Of a stretch of DNA of 64,000 nucleotides, positions 37,701 to 50,518 are shown piece by piece; positions within the stretch are counted from its first letter, which is position 1, and every line of letters begins with the position of its first letter. Source of the DNA: Malacoraja senta (Eukaryota); NCBI GenBank assembly GCA_038087875.1, contig CM075982.1:62434001-62498000 (forward strand), given 5' to 3'. The notes under the pieces are model-generated. The model was not told where the DNA came from and searched no databases. It saw only the letters and a list, made by a program, of their open reading frames with translations. Both the position numbers and the translations under genes were made by a program.

Positions 37701-40700
37701 CATGTTGCATATCCAATGATGGAAGCATTTTGAAATTTTAAAATATATTGGTTGAAATCCAATCCAAAGAACTCCACTCTTATTGTACAATATTTTTAAA
37801 TAATTGAAAAATAAATATATTGAGTTCCTTATCATGTAATTATGCAGTAAAATCTAAATTAGTTTTAAATGATGTATCATGCTAAAATCTTGTTTAAAAA
37901 TATTACAAGTGTTCTGAAGCTCCAAATGATTTTGGGCTGAATCCAACTACAAGTGATTAGTAAGGGTGTCAGGGGTTATGGGAAAGGATAGATCAGCCAT
38001 GATTGAATGGTGGAGTAGACTTGATGGGCCGAATGGTCTAAATCTGCTCCTATAACTTTTGAACTTATGAGGTGATGTTACTGGCTGATTTTATGCCAGC
38101 TGAACTTACAACAGTACAGTGAGAAAGGTACTTTGGCCATGACATTTGGCAACATAAGACCAACTATTCCATCTAATCAGAATACAAATTAACTTAATTT
38201 GATTGGGAACTTCATCTGGTGGCAATGAAACATGTAATGGCCTGAATAATTGATTGCTGAAAGTTTAAATGATATCAAATCCCTCCCACGTTTTACTTTC
38301 GTTGAATGAAATGGATATAAAAATAATGACTTCCTTTAAAAATGACTTATTTGGCTATCAAACACTTGGGGATATCATTAAAGGGAAGTAAAAAGTACCA
38401 AGCCAATGTCTTTATTTCCCCTATATATTGTCCAAATATCCATTAAAATATAGTGTGCATCAAGGAACAATATCTACTATGCCTTCCACATCTGAATTTA
38501 TATCATTTTATATCAATTTACATCTACAAACAGAAATAAATAATAGGAAAAACAGTTGCGTTCTACAATGGTGGTTCTGTTTATCTAACTCAATGTGTGT
38601 TAAATATGATTTTTTAAATAGAACTGCATCGATTTGGCACATTTCATACCTTTAGGATTTCCCTTAGTGTTTTCAAATCAATAAACATTTGAAGAGCAAA
38701 CACTGTTGTGAAGAAGGAAATAACAAGTAGATCCACAACTCAATGTTAAACAGTAAGCAATAATCTAATAAGGCACACTTTATGCATTGTTCCCACACTT
38801 GGCATCTATCTGACCTATTTATCTCTTGTTAAAAAACCTGGTGTAACTGCTAAAAAAAATACCTTCAAAGTGAAGACAGAAACCAGACAAAATCGAACTG
38901 TCCTAAACTCAAAAGATATTGACATCTGATATTATTTAAGCAAATCCTAAAACATCTTTGAATTTGTTTTGAAAGTCTTGTCTCTTTATCAGTGTCTACC
39001 TGGAATAAGCCTCGTCTTTGTTGCAACTGTTGACTGAGATATGAGATAGACTGATATATGATTTCTGAGAATGAAGCTTGTTGTAAACGCATGATCTACA
39101 AGATGACAGAGATGAGCCAACCCCAAAGTTAACTCTTAAGGATTTTTAGTTAACTGGAAATCTCAGTATTGTGGAAATCTTTGCAACTATTGTGTGTGTC
39201 TACTTTTCCTTATAGCAAATAGTCAATTTTGTAATAAATATAAATAGAAAATAAATATAACATTGTGTCATCACAACAGGAAAGTGCTATTGGTAGCATC
39301 CTTTATCTGTACTGGAGAATAATTGATAGGGATGAGGGTTGAGATGGAAAATGGCAGTGGAGGAATTGAGCTGGGCATGGGCCAGGAGAATGGGCATGTG
39401 CCAAACAGCTATAGCTACAAGTAATGCAATATCCCCACTGGCTGCTGGGAATCTCTGGCCCATAACCACACAAAGTGAAGAAACATTCAAGCACATGCAC
39501 CAGGAGTGCACACAAGCCATATGTAAGCCTCAGAAGGAATGAACCACTTCACAAAACTACCCAGGAAAGACACAAAATGCTGGACTAACTCAGTAGGTCA
39601 GGCAGCATCGCTGGAGAACATGGATAGGTGATGTTTTGGGTCGAGACCCTTCTTCAGACTAATCAAAGATAGAGCAAAGGGATAAAGAGTGCAGAGTCTG
39701 AAGAAGGGCCACAACCCAAAACGTCACCTATCCATGTTCTCCAGGGATGCTGCCTGACCAGCTGAGTTACTGGGGCTTTATCCATCTTAATATTGTTTAA
39801 AAGTGCCAGCGACTTTTCTTTGGCATTTTGGGTATGGTCCAACACATCACCACTCATTTTTCACAGTTCCTTTGTTTCCATGATATCCTCCCCAGTTACT
39901 ACATGTGGGAAGCAATCGTTTAACTCCTGGTCCAACTCCTGTTACTCAACACGAAGCTAATTCTTAAAGAGGGTCTATTCTCTGCCGTTGCCCTTTTATT
40001 CTCAATAAACCTTTACAATCTCTTTGGATTTTACTTTATCTTGTCTACTAAAGCTAACTCGTGTCCTCTTTTTTCAGATTACATTTCTCATCGACTAGTG
40101 TTCACTAAACCTGCCAGCATTGCTCTTCACTCTAACAGAGACATGCTGTCTCTAAATTCTCCCAATCTCACCTTGAAAAGTTTCCCATTGCTGGACATCC
40201 CTTCACCTCTAAATAACACCTCCCCAATCATCTTCTGAAAGTTCCTATCTAATGCATTCAAAATTGTCCTTGCCCCAATTTAGGACTTTAACGTTGTCTG
40301 GATCTATATTCTTCCATCACTATTTTAAAACTAAGAGAATCATGGTTACTGGCACCAAAGTGTTCCATTAGTGATGCTTCAGTTACTTCTCCTGATTCAC
40401 GAGGTTAGGAGAGAGAAATAGATCAGCCATGATTGAATGGCGGAGTAGACTTGATGGGCTGAATGGCCTAATTCTACGCTTATTCCTTATGACCTTGTGA
40501 CCTTCATTCCCTACTAGGGGTGCAGCCCTCTATATATTGCTTATAAAATTGTTCTTTAAAGTTTAGACTTGAGAAATACAGTGTGGAAACAGGCCCTTTG
40601 TTCCTTGACACACTTAACAAATTCTACCATGTCAAAGCTCTGCATGGTAAACCTAGTCAATTGATTTTCCAGTCAATATGAAGGAATTAAAATCATCTAC

Positions 40701-41064
40701 TATTGTGACCTTATTTTTCTTACAAATATCCGTGATCCCCTACGTATTTGCTCCTCTATTTTCCACTGACTATCAGGGAGTCTATAACACAACCTCATTG
40801 AAGAGACCATATTTTGGTAGGTTTGTCTCCATTTAAAATCAATGCTTTAATGTAAGTCAATGTAAAATTATGAAACCTGGAAAGTATTTGGACTTAATTC
40901 TATAATTACCATATTCAGTGATATAAGTAACAAAATGTGCTCACGTTATTACTAATGTATGTGGGATTGACTGCAATTTATGTAATTTAAGAAGGTTTTG
41001 GACAAAGTTTGCTGCATTAGGTAAATTATATTGTTAATCTCAGATACTGTGAGTGTGTGAGAAG

Positions 41065-42671
41065 GGGGGACAGGTTGGGCGAGTGGGCAGATGCATGGCA
41101 GATGCAGTTTAATATGGATAAATGTGAGGCAAAAACAGGAAGGCAGATTATTATCTAAATGGTGTCAAATTGGGAAAAAGGGAAGTACAACGGGATCTGG
41201 GGGGGGGGGGGGGTCCTTATTCATCAGTCACTGAAAGTAAGCATGCAGGTACAGCAGGCAGTGAAGAAAGTGAATGGCATATTGGCCTTCATAACAAGGG
41301 GAGTTGAGTATAGGAGCAAAGAGGTCCTTCTGCAGTTGTACAGGGCCCTAGTGAGACCACACCTGGAGTATTGTGTGCAGTTTGGGTCTCAAAATTTGAG
41401 GAAGGACATTCTTGCTATTGAGGGAGTGCAGAGTAGGTTTGTAAATCCTGGCCGAAATAGAGCCAGAATAGAGCCAAAATAAAGCAGAGTTCATGCATGC
41501 ACAAGGCCTTTTTGGCCATTCCTGTATTTCTAGTCTAGGTCCCAGATTAGTGCTTCAGATAAGAAGGGTTTAAGTATCTCTGCAATTGTTAGTATGTATG
41601 ATAATCTTGCAGAGGACCTCCAAGGTATTGTAAATGCATGAGTTTGATTGGATTGCTGCAAAGGAATTGTAAATAATGTAAATAATGTTGCAAGACAGTT
41701 ACCCTGCTGTTTGTTGATTGGCCAAAGTGCAAAGCCCTGGCAGAATTGTTTTGTATTCCAGGGTAAATGTTGCATTATTCAGTTGACTAGCTTCCTTCCA
41801 GAAGCTGCTGTAAGAGACATTGTTTAAGACTCTCTGTAATTAGGTTGGGGAACTGTCAATAATGTATTGATGTAATTGATATGTTTGATTGGATTGTAAG
41901 GGGACCACCTCTATGTAGTTCGGCCCCTCAAGGTTCGTGGACCTATAAAAGGTAGGCCCATTTTAAATCGGTGTCAATCTTCTGGAAGGGCGCTTGGGAC
42001 TGCGTGACCTTTTGGGCAGTGTCTGCTTGCACGAGGCTGAAGAGCTTGGCCAGGCAGAGACAAGGATTGAACCCGCGGTGGTTTAGGTATCGTATAGGGA
42101 AATTTGTGTTTGTTCTAAAAATAAAGATTAGTTGGTCAAGTGCTTGAGTCAGTGTTTTTACTGAACTAGACTAGGGGGCTAGGCTTTAGGAGCCTATTTA
42201 CAGGTTCACCAGGTTAATTCCCAGGATTGCGGGACTGTCATATGTTGATAGAATGGAGCGGCTGGGCTTGTATACTCTGGAATTTAGAAGGATGAGAGGG
42301 AATCTTATTGAAACATAAGATTATTAAGGGTTTGGGCATGCTAGAGGCAGGAAACATGTTTCCGATGTTGGGGGAGTCCAGAACCAGGAGCCACAGTTTA
42401 AGAATAAAGGGTAAGCTATTTAGAACGGAGATGAGGAAAAACTTTTTCACACAGAGAGTTGTGAGTCTTTTGAATTCTCTGCCTCAGAAGGCGGTGGAGG
42501 CTGGTTCTCTGGATGCTTTCAAGAGAGAGTTAATTAGAGCTCTTAAAGATAGCGGAGTCAGGGGATATGGTGAGAAGGCAGGAAAGGGGTACTGATTGTG
42601 GATGATCAGCCATGATCACATTGAATGGCGGTGCTGGCTCGAAGGGCTGAATGGCCTACTACTGCACCTAT

Positions 42672-42674
<3 letters not shown>
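41065..42674 (+). mobile_element. CR1 LINE 3' fragment split by a solo LTR
   Basis: ORF 41159-41482 ([12 protein letters not shown]) and ORF 42308-42595 (ESRTRSHSLRIKG...FFTQRVV). The host sequence rejoins exactly across 41440-42202. Confidence 0.9.
41440..42202 (+). mobile_element. Solo LTR (763 bp)
   Basis: TGTAAAT...ATTTACA termini. 4-bp TSD GGTT (41436-41439, 42203-42206). TATAAAA at 41944, AATAAA at 42120. Splits a CR1 precisely. Confidence 0.88.

Positions 42675-42724
<50 letters not shown>
42675..42724. repeat. (GA)n microsatellite
   Basis: Pure GA run at the end of a CR1. Confidence 0.95.
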
Positions 42725-42728
<4 letters not shown>

Positions 42729-44894
42729 TGAGTAGAATTGCAATATCAGGATGGAACATTTCCTCTGAAAACATTTCTTTAAGCCTGACTTGTCTTTCAT
42801 CATTCGCTCCAGGCAGGTAACGAGGAATAATGGCTGTGTTAACAAAGAATTGAAACACCATCTGAGAAGTTAATGATCCTTCACAGTGAAACGTTTGGAT
42901 AATGAATATTAATGACAACTCCTCTGGTTCGTCATGATTCAAACCCTGGGCAGGGAACTGCTGATACCAGAGCCGAAGCAATGATGGATATACTGCCTAC
43001 AGTTTTGGAAGTAACATCTGAAGGGTGTGATATTGAAATGGAAGATGATATTGAAATGGAAGATGATAAAATGAACACAAAAAAATGAAATCTATTGCAC
43101 TGGAGATAGGATTAGATTAATATTATTTTCCCATTCAAACTTTAAAAATTTGATTATGAATTCATGGCTTCTGCAGGCCCTGTGTTGGCTAATAGCTTTA
43201 TGATATTCATGCAGAAAAGAGAACTGGCGATACTGAGTATAGAGGGAGAGGCGGGAAGAGAGGGTTTGGTTGCCATGATCTTTCTTTGGTTTGTTGTCCA
43301 TTGATCAGGAGGAAAAAACTGTATGACTGAAGAATACTAGGAGCAGAAATAGACCATTTGGCCCATCAAATCGACTCCGCCATTCAATCATGGCTGATCT
43401 ATCTTTCCCTCTCAACCCCATTCACCTGCCTTCTCCCCATAACTCCTGACAACCTTACTAATTTCCAACTTAAGAATATCTATTAATTTGGCCTCCACAG
43501 CCGTGTGTGGCAATGAATTTCATACATTCACCACCCACTGATTAAAGAAACTTCTCCTCATCTCACTTATCAATGACCCCTTGCTACTCTATTCTGCAGC
43601 TTGAAAGATTCCAAAAGTCATCCTGGGAATATAAACACATCCAATTTTCTTAAGCCATCCACTGATGGACCAGCAGTTGGGTCATTTCATTAGGAATTAA
43701 ATTAGCAAGAATTAAATGTTTACACCTTTTTTTTCAGCAATGTAGCATTCAGTGCAATAGCTCTTAATATTTGACACCCACAATTACATATTTGTGTATC
43801 TTTATTGCTTTCTGATTTTTAAAGTGCCTCATTAAAAGCAGCTTCAGTTTTATTGAAACAATTTGGAGGTTGTTATTCTGACCTGAAAAAGTGGCCGAAA
43901 TTCCTGTAGAATTATGTAGAATGAACCTTTGTTTCATTAAAATGAAAATTGTGGTTTAATTGTGGAAATCCCCAACAAGCTGCTATTTTTGTTCTTGGGT
44001 TTCACATGCAATAGATAACTTAACAACATAATTTAACTAAATGTGTGGGAAGGAACTGCAGATGTGTTGGTTTAAACCGAAGATAGACACATAAAGCTGG
44101 AGTAACTCAACGGGTTAGACAGCATCTCTGGAGAAAAGGAATAGGTGATGTTTCGGGTCGAGTCTGAAGAAGGGTCTCGACTCGAAACATCACCTATTCC
44201 TTTTCTCCAGAGATGCTGTCTGACCCACTGAGTTATTCCAGCATTTTGTGTCTATCTATAATTTATCTGATGATATTTTCTTCCAGGTCTGTTAATTGCT
44301 TGCAGACAATTTTAGCCAAGGGTTACACTGTTAGTTATTTAAATTTGTCAATAACTTCAATAATTAACCCTGAATCTGATGGTCCTATGAAGTAACAATG
44401 ATAAAAGTCATGCATGTTCAACAAAATAGTTGCCGAGTTCAATCACACATTTAAGTATGAAAATATCATTGCGAGGATTTTATGTTGGTGGCAGATTCCT
44501 AACTTCTTTCCAGCTCCTGTTTGCTTCTTCCAGCATCGCAGATATGTCAGATGTCAATAATGAATCATTGTTTTTCATGCCTTAAAGCCTTTCCCCACAG
44601 CCCACCCAGCTCTCAGGATTCCTGATTCTTTATTAGTACCTTCATTTTCAGACATATAAGATGCAGTCTCCTGGTTTACCATAAAATTGGAATTCTGACA
44701 ATGGTTTCTCAGCCTCTCACTCAAGCCACATGTATTTTTCCAACCAACATCCTTTAAATCAAAATGATTTGTGCAATGCATGACCAAAGGAGAAAGTGGG
44801 GAAATAAGTATCAGAGACAACCAATGTGTACTATGTAAGTATTTACCCTGTACTGTTATTTTACATTGTACTACATATTATCTATTATATATAC

Positions 44895-45150
44895 ATACAG
44901 TGGTGGTGGCCCGTCGGTAACGACGATGGCGGATTGTGCAGTCTCAATTCTGGTGAGTTCTGACATGGCTCACAAGTCCTGTGGAGAAGAGGGCTGCACA
45001 TAAACCTGTGCGTGAATGAGTTTAAGGTGGAGAAGCTGTTGCACTCTAACAACCCCACCCTCTCGGCCGCAGAAGTCAGAGTCCAGTGGTATGAAAAATC
45101 ATCATGGCTGAAGGCTTCCTGGCTGCAGTGGATGGCCATGTCGTCTTTAG
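44895..45150 (-). mobile_element. Possible RTE-derived non-autonomous element
   Basis: Minus-strand end CCATCGTCGTTACCGACGGGCCACCACCAC (stem-loop plus short tandem tail) resembles RTE 3' ends. Recognition from memory only. Confidence 0.3.
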
Positions 45151-45529
45151 TGGCCTCATAAGCCTAGGTCAACTGAATTCAAGAGTGATCCTTGCAACTG
45201 GGCTTAGAACAATTAGTGGGCTTAGAAAAATGATTCACTATATTGCCAGGTTTGCTATGCAGGAACTTTACATTACTTATGGATAGTTTAGTGTAAAGAT
45301 TTCCTCCTTGAGATATCTTTATCTGTATCATAACTGGAAAACACATTGTTGTGAATTAAACACTTTTACACTTGTTTTACAAGAACTGAATTCCACCAAT
45401 TAAATTGAGTTATAAATATTGCAATCAAGTAAAAATCAAATGTTGCATAAGATGGAGATACCGAAGACTTGAAGCTTGTCTACTTCTTAAAATTAACATT
45501 TACAATTGAACGAAAACTATATAAGGCCA

Positions 45530-46345
45530 TATAGTCTTAATTAGCAGAATTAGGCCACTCTGTCATGCAATCATGGCTGATCTATCTTTCCCTCTCAACC
45601 CCGTTCGCCTGGACTGCTTCACGTAACCTTTGATGGCCTTGCTAATCAAGACCCATTAAGGGCCTGTCCCACTTGGGTGTCATTTGCACGTCATTTACGC
45701 GACATGATTTACGCGTCACAACGCACGTGATATGGGCATGGCATGCATTACGTGCGCATGGCGCGTGGTGAGGCATGGTGGCGTAGGCAGTGACGCGCGG
45801 TCGCACACGGCGCCCCAGGATTTTGGGATTCACAAAATCTTCGCGCGCCACCTGTGTGACGCGCAAATGACACCCAAGTGGGTCAGGCCCTTTAATCTCT
45901 GCCTTAAAAATACCCAATGTCTTGACTTCCAAAACCGCTGGTGGTAATGAATTCGACTGAGTCACCATCCTCTGGCTAAAGAAATTCCTCCATGTCTCCA
46001 TTTTGAAAGTACGTCCATTTTTTTAAACTGACGCTGTGCCCTCGGGTTCTCGATGCTCCCATTACTGGAAACATCCTTTCCATGTCCACCCTATCTAGGC
46101 CTTTAATTATCCGGTAGGTTTCAACAAGATCCCCCCTCTTCCTTCTAAACTCCAACGAGTGCAGGCCCAGAGTTTTCCAATAATCCTCAAACGTTAATCC
46201 ATTCATCTCCAGGTTCATTCTCTTAAACCTCCTCTGGACCCTCTCCAATGCCAACACATCCTTCTTCAGATATGGGGCCCAAAACTGCTCATAATATTCC
46301 AAATACAGCCTCACCAGTACCTGATAAAGCCTCAGCATTTCATCC
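45530..46345 (-). mobile_element. CR1 LINE 3' fragment interrupted by a MITE
   Basis: ORF 45976-46386 (LEYYEQFWAPYLKKDVLALERVQRRF...TRGH). Confidence 0.85.
45659..45891. mobile_element. Harbinger/PIF-type MITE
   Basis: AGGGCCTGTCCCACTTGGGTGTCATTTGC...GCAAATGACACCCAAGTGGGTCAGGCCCT. TTA TSD. Confidence 0.9.
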
Positions 46346-46847
46346 TTATATAAAACTGAAAAAAAGTAATTACTTGCATGAATCATGTTTAAAGTTTAAT
46401 TGTGAAAGTATACACATATCTATTACATCGCTTAAGGTAAACTACTCATTTTCTTCCGAGAACATGTTATAAACGAATCACTTCAATATTGATACCAACC
46501 TTGAGGCTGTAATTTGTGGTAATGGTGGTTTGCCAAATGAGTGTTCAAGCCATTTTCCAGTAGTTGCAATACACTACCCACTTTTTGACACTGGATTAGG
46601 TTAGAAGTGGTTACTTGCTACTTCAAATTAAAAATATCTTTATAAATTTGCTTATTTACAATGAACCATGAAATGTCAAAAGTGCCCAGGAGTCAAATTA
46701 ATTTATTTAATAGAAAGAAACATATGTTGTAAAATTAAAAATAATTTCAAGAAATCAAGCAGTATCCATTTTTGGTAGACAATACAGTTTGTCCAATATT
46801 CAATAACATTCTTACTTGCAGCAGCACAATAGAATATGTAAACAGAA

Positions 46848-47146
46848 TAGTTTAGTTTAGCTATACAGTGTGGAAAGGGGCCCTTCAACCCACCGAGTCC
46901 GCGTCGACCAGTAATCTCCATACACTAGCACTATCCTACACACTAGGGACAATTTACAATTTTACCAAAGCCAATTAACCTACAAACCTGTACGTCTTTG
47001 GTGTGTGGGAGGAAACCGGAGCAGCCGGGGAAAACCACACGTGGTCAAGGGGAGAACGTACAAACACCGTACAGACAGCACCCGTAGTCGGGATCAAACC
47101 TGGGTCTCTAGCGCTGTAAGGCAGCATCTCTACCGCTGCGCCACCT
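46848..47146 (-). mobile_element. HE1-like SINE
   Basis: Reverse-complement match to the reference copy. Confidence 0.85.
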
Positions 47147-47185
47147 TGTGAGTACTCTGTAAATAATATAGTAAACGAAAAAGAA

Positions 47186-47403
47186 NNNNNNNNNNNNNNN
47201 NNNNNNNNNNNNNNNNNNNNNNNNNNNNNNNNNNNNNNNNNNNNNNNNNNNNNNNNNNNNNNNNNNNNNNNNNNNNNNNNNNNNNNNNNNNNNNNNNNNN
47301 NNNNNNNNNNNNNNNNNNNNNNNNNNNNNNNNNNNNNNNNNNNNNNNNNNNNNNNNNNNNNNNNNNNNNNNNNNNNNNNNNNNNNNNNNNNNNNNNNNNN
47401 NNN
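47186..47403. other. Assembly gap
   Basis: Run of N, followed by an L2-type tail (AAAGCGCTATATAAATAAA then (ATT)n). Confidence 1.
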
Positions 47404-47429
47404 TTGAAAAGCGCTATATAAATAAAATG

Positions 47430-47463
<34 letters not shown>

Positions 47464-47471
47464 TACATATA

Positions 47472-47552
47472 CCCAGTAGAATGCACTATTGGTCTTCATT
47501 TACATGTTGTGTGTATATATATAAATGACGACCAATAGTGCTTTCTACTGGG
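47472..47552. mobile_element. 81-bp mini inverted-repeat element with CCCAG termini (CMC/EnSpm-like MITE or hairpin)
   Basis: CCCAGTAGAATGCACTATTGGTCTTCATTTA ... TAAATGACGACCAATAGTGCTTTCTACTGGG (2 mismatches), flanked by TA. Confidence 0.6.
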
Positions 47553-47885
47553 TATTTAGTGCTTATGGTCGATAAGGAGTAGACGAGGAAGCAGAGACTA
47601 GTTCTCATCTTGTTAGATTCACATTGAAATATTGTACATGACATCTTCCTGGCATCAGGTGCACATCAAACCATGCCATAATTCACAAAACACTGATTAA
47701 TTGGAGCAGAGAGCTCCACACTACAATTTTCCTGGGATGGTTTCAGTAACATTAGGAACATTATGGTCAAGTTATTGCTCTTTCTGCTGTTTAATAGGTC
47801 ATGTTACTGGGATACATTACTCAGCAACCTCATGCTGACGGCAGGCTGCTCAAAAGCTTCCAAATTCCACAATATATTATATAAG

Positions 47886-48966
47886 GGTGGCTTATAGTGG
47901 TGCAGCAGTAGAGTTGCTGCCTCACAGCGCAAGAGACCCAGGTTCGATCCTGATTATGGGTGCTGTCTGGGCGGAGTTTGTACGTTCTCCCTGTGACCAT
48001 GTGGGTTTTCCCCGGGTGCTCAGTTTCAAAGGTTTCAAAGGTCTTTTATTGTCACATGTAAGGTAGAGTGATATGCGAATTACCATACAGCCATACGAGA
48101 AAAAAAAGCAACAAGACACACATAAAAGTTAACTTACACATCCACCACAGTGGATTCCCCACATTCCTCACTGTGATGGGAGGCAAAAAAGTCCAAACTT
48201 CTTCCTCTTTATTCTCTCGCAGTCGGGGCAGTCAAACCATCTGTCAGGGCGATCGAAGCTCTTGCAGCCGGCAGTCGAAGATCCCGCATTGGGACGGTCG
48301 AAGCTCCCGCTTCGGGACAATCAAAACTCCCGCGTCGGGGCGGTCGAAGCTCCCGTGTCAGGGCAGTGGAAGCTCCTGTGGCTTGGAGTTCCCGAAGTAG
48401 GTCTCTAACCAGAGACCGCGGGCTCCATGATGTTAAGTCCGCAAGCACCCACGGTTGGAGCTCCGAGGTCGATCCCTGGCGAAGGGATCGCGAGCTCCGT
48501 GATGGTAAGTCCCGCAAACATCCACGGTGGAGCTCTCAAAATCGGTCTCCAGCAAAGGCCGGCAACTCCATTACGTTAGGCCGCAGTGCGGGCAGAGATA
48601 GGATACGGAAATAAAATTGCATCTCCATCGAGGTAAGAGATTAGAAAAAGTTTCCCCCAATCCCCCCGCCCACCACCCCCCACATAAAACAAGCAAAAGA
48701 ACACTAAAAACATACATTTAACACATACTATTAAAACACAAAGAAGGAAGGGACTGACAGAATATTGGCGAGGCAGCCATTGCTGGCGCCACCCAGCGAC
48801 TACCACATTCAAAGGACGTGCAGGTTTGTAGATTGACTGGCTCTGTAAGTTGCTCCTAGTGTGTAGAAGGTGACAGTGGAATAACAGAGAACTAGAGTAC
48901 GGGTGATCTGTTGGCTGAAGGGCCTGTTTCACTCTGTATCTCTAAACTAAACTGAACTAAACTAAA
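47886..48966 (+). mobile_element. HE1-like SINE split by the 48023-48801 insertion
   Basis: Head at 47886-48022, remainder at ~48803-48966. Confidence 0.8.
48023..48801 (-). mobile_element. Non-autonomous non-LTR element with a Rex1-like tail, inserted in a SINE
   Basis: Minus-strand 3' end TGTGACAATAAAAGACCTTTGAAACCTTTGAAAC. GC-rich body with degenerate GGTCGAAGCTCCC repeats. The SINE resumes at ~48803. Confidence 0.55.
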
Positions 48967-50029
48967 CAAAACAGTAAAACTGACAGTTTTTTTCTTTTAA
49001 GTATACTTCTCAAGGTCAACCCAATAAACGCAATGCACAATTGAAATGCTGTGAGCCCTAGAAGCTACTGTACAGCACTGAATCAAGTACAATTTCCGCA
49101 TTCCAGTTTTGACTGGTATTTTCCTGGCAGAAGCCTTGAATGCAGCCGATGGGCTTTGATGTGTACTGCTTAGCTGCATGATGCAATTTCAGATGTTTTT
49201 TTAATAAAGGACCAACATTGTTTATTCACAAATGTGGGTGACAATGAAACTTGATGCATTCCTGTTCAGGGTTTAACATCAAAACTGAAATTGTTTAAAA
49301 AAGAATCAATCGTGCTACGAACTCTTGTAAACACAGGGAAAAGCTGGAAACATTCGGGGAGTCGGGCAACATTCGTAAAGAAAGGAAATGATCAACCTTT
49401 CAGGCATAGTTCTTTGTCAGCAGATGATGAAAATGTAGATAAACTGGTTATAAAAAGTAACAGGGAAGCGAGGTGGGGAATTTTTTTTCCTTGCAGCTCC
49501 ATGTCTTCTTTAAGCTTTGGGAGTCAATACTGTCAAATACTGTCAAAACCCTAGCTAGCATTGCCCTAAGGAGTTTGGAGAGGTATATGGATAGGAACGT
49601 TTTAGTTGGATATAGGTCAAATGCGGGCACATGGGACTGGCATAGAGGGAGCATTTAGGTCGGCATGGGCAAGTTGGGCCAAAGGCCCTGTTTCCATGCT
49701 GTATGACTCTATGACTCTATGAATGAATCCTGGAGGACAAGAGTTAGCTTGGTTAGTTTAGTTTTAGTTTCATTTCGTTTATTGCCAGGTGTACCAAGGT
49801 ACAGTGAAAAGCTTTTGTTACGTGCTATCCAGTCAGCGGAAAGACAATACTGTATATGATTGCAATTGAGCCATTCACAGTGTACAGATTCATGGTAAAG
49901 AGAATGATATGAATAACATTTAGTGCAAGATAAAGTCAGTAAAGTCCGATCAAAGATGGTCCGAGGGTCTCCAATGAGGTCAATAGTAGTTGAGGACTGC
50001 TCTCTAGTTGTGGTAGGATGGTTCAGTTA

Positions 50030-50518
50030 AGGGCCTGTCCCACGGGCATGCGACTCCATGCGGCAAGCGCGACCTAACCGGAAGCGTGGGCCGCGCGGGG
50101 GCCGCGCGGAGGTCGAGTGATCCCCGTACAGGGCCGGTCCCACCAGCATGGGGCTGCATGCGGCAAGCGCTACCAAACTGGAAGCGGGGGCCGCGCGGAG
50201 GTCGAGTGACGTCAAGACGGTGCGCGCGGCCTCGAGGCAGCTGCGTCCGGCGTCGAGACGGTGTGCACGGCTGTCGATGCGGCGCGCACGGCCTCGATAC
50301 GGCTGCGGGACGGCAGGCTGTTGCCGCGCGGAATTTTTGAACAGTGTCAGTTTTTAGGAGCCCTGCGCGATGTCGGGACCAGCTCCGCACAACTCCATAC
50401 GGCTCCGAGCGATCGAAGTGGGACCGGACCCGCAACCTCCGCGCGGCCCCCGCACGGCCCCCGCTTCCGGTTAGGTCGCGCTTGCCGCATGGAGTCGCAT
50501 GCCCTTGGGACAAGCCCT
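50030..50518. mobile_element. Harbinger/PIF-type MITE (very GC-rich)
   Basis: Long TIR (AGGGCCTGTCCCACGGGCATGCGACTCCATGCGGCAAGCGCGACCTAACCGGAAGCG...). TTA TSD at 50027-50029 and 50519-50521. Confidence 0.92.

Noticed and set aside
42912-43088. Short acidic ORF with an 18-bp tandem duplication (GATATTGAAATGGAAGAT)
   Set aside because: Under 60 codons, in-frame stop just upstream, no homology recognised.
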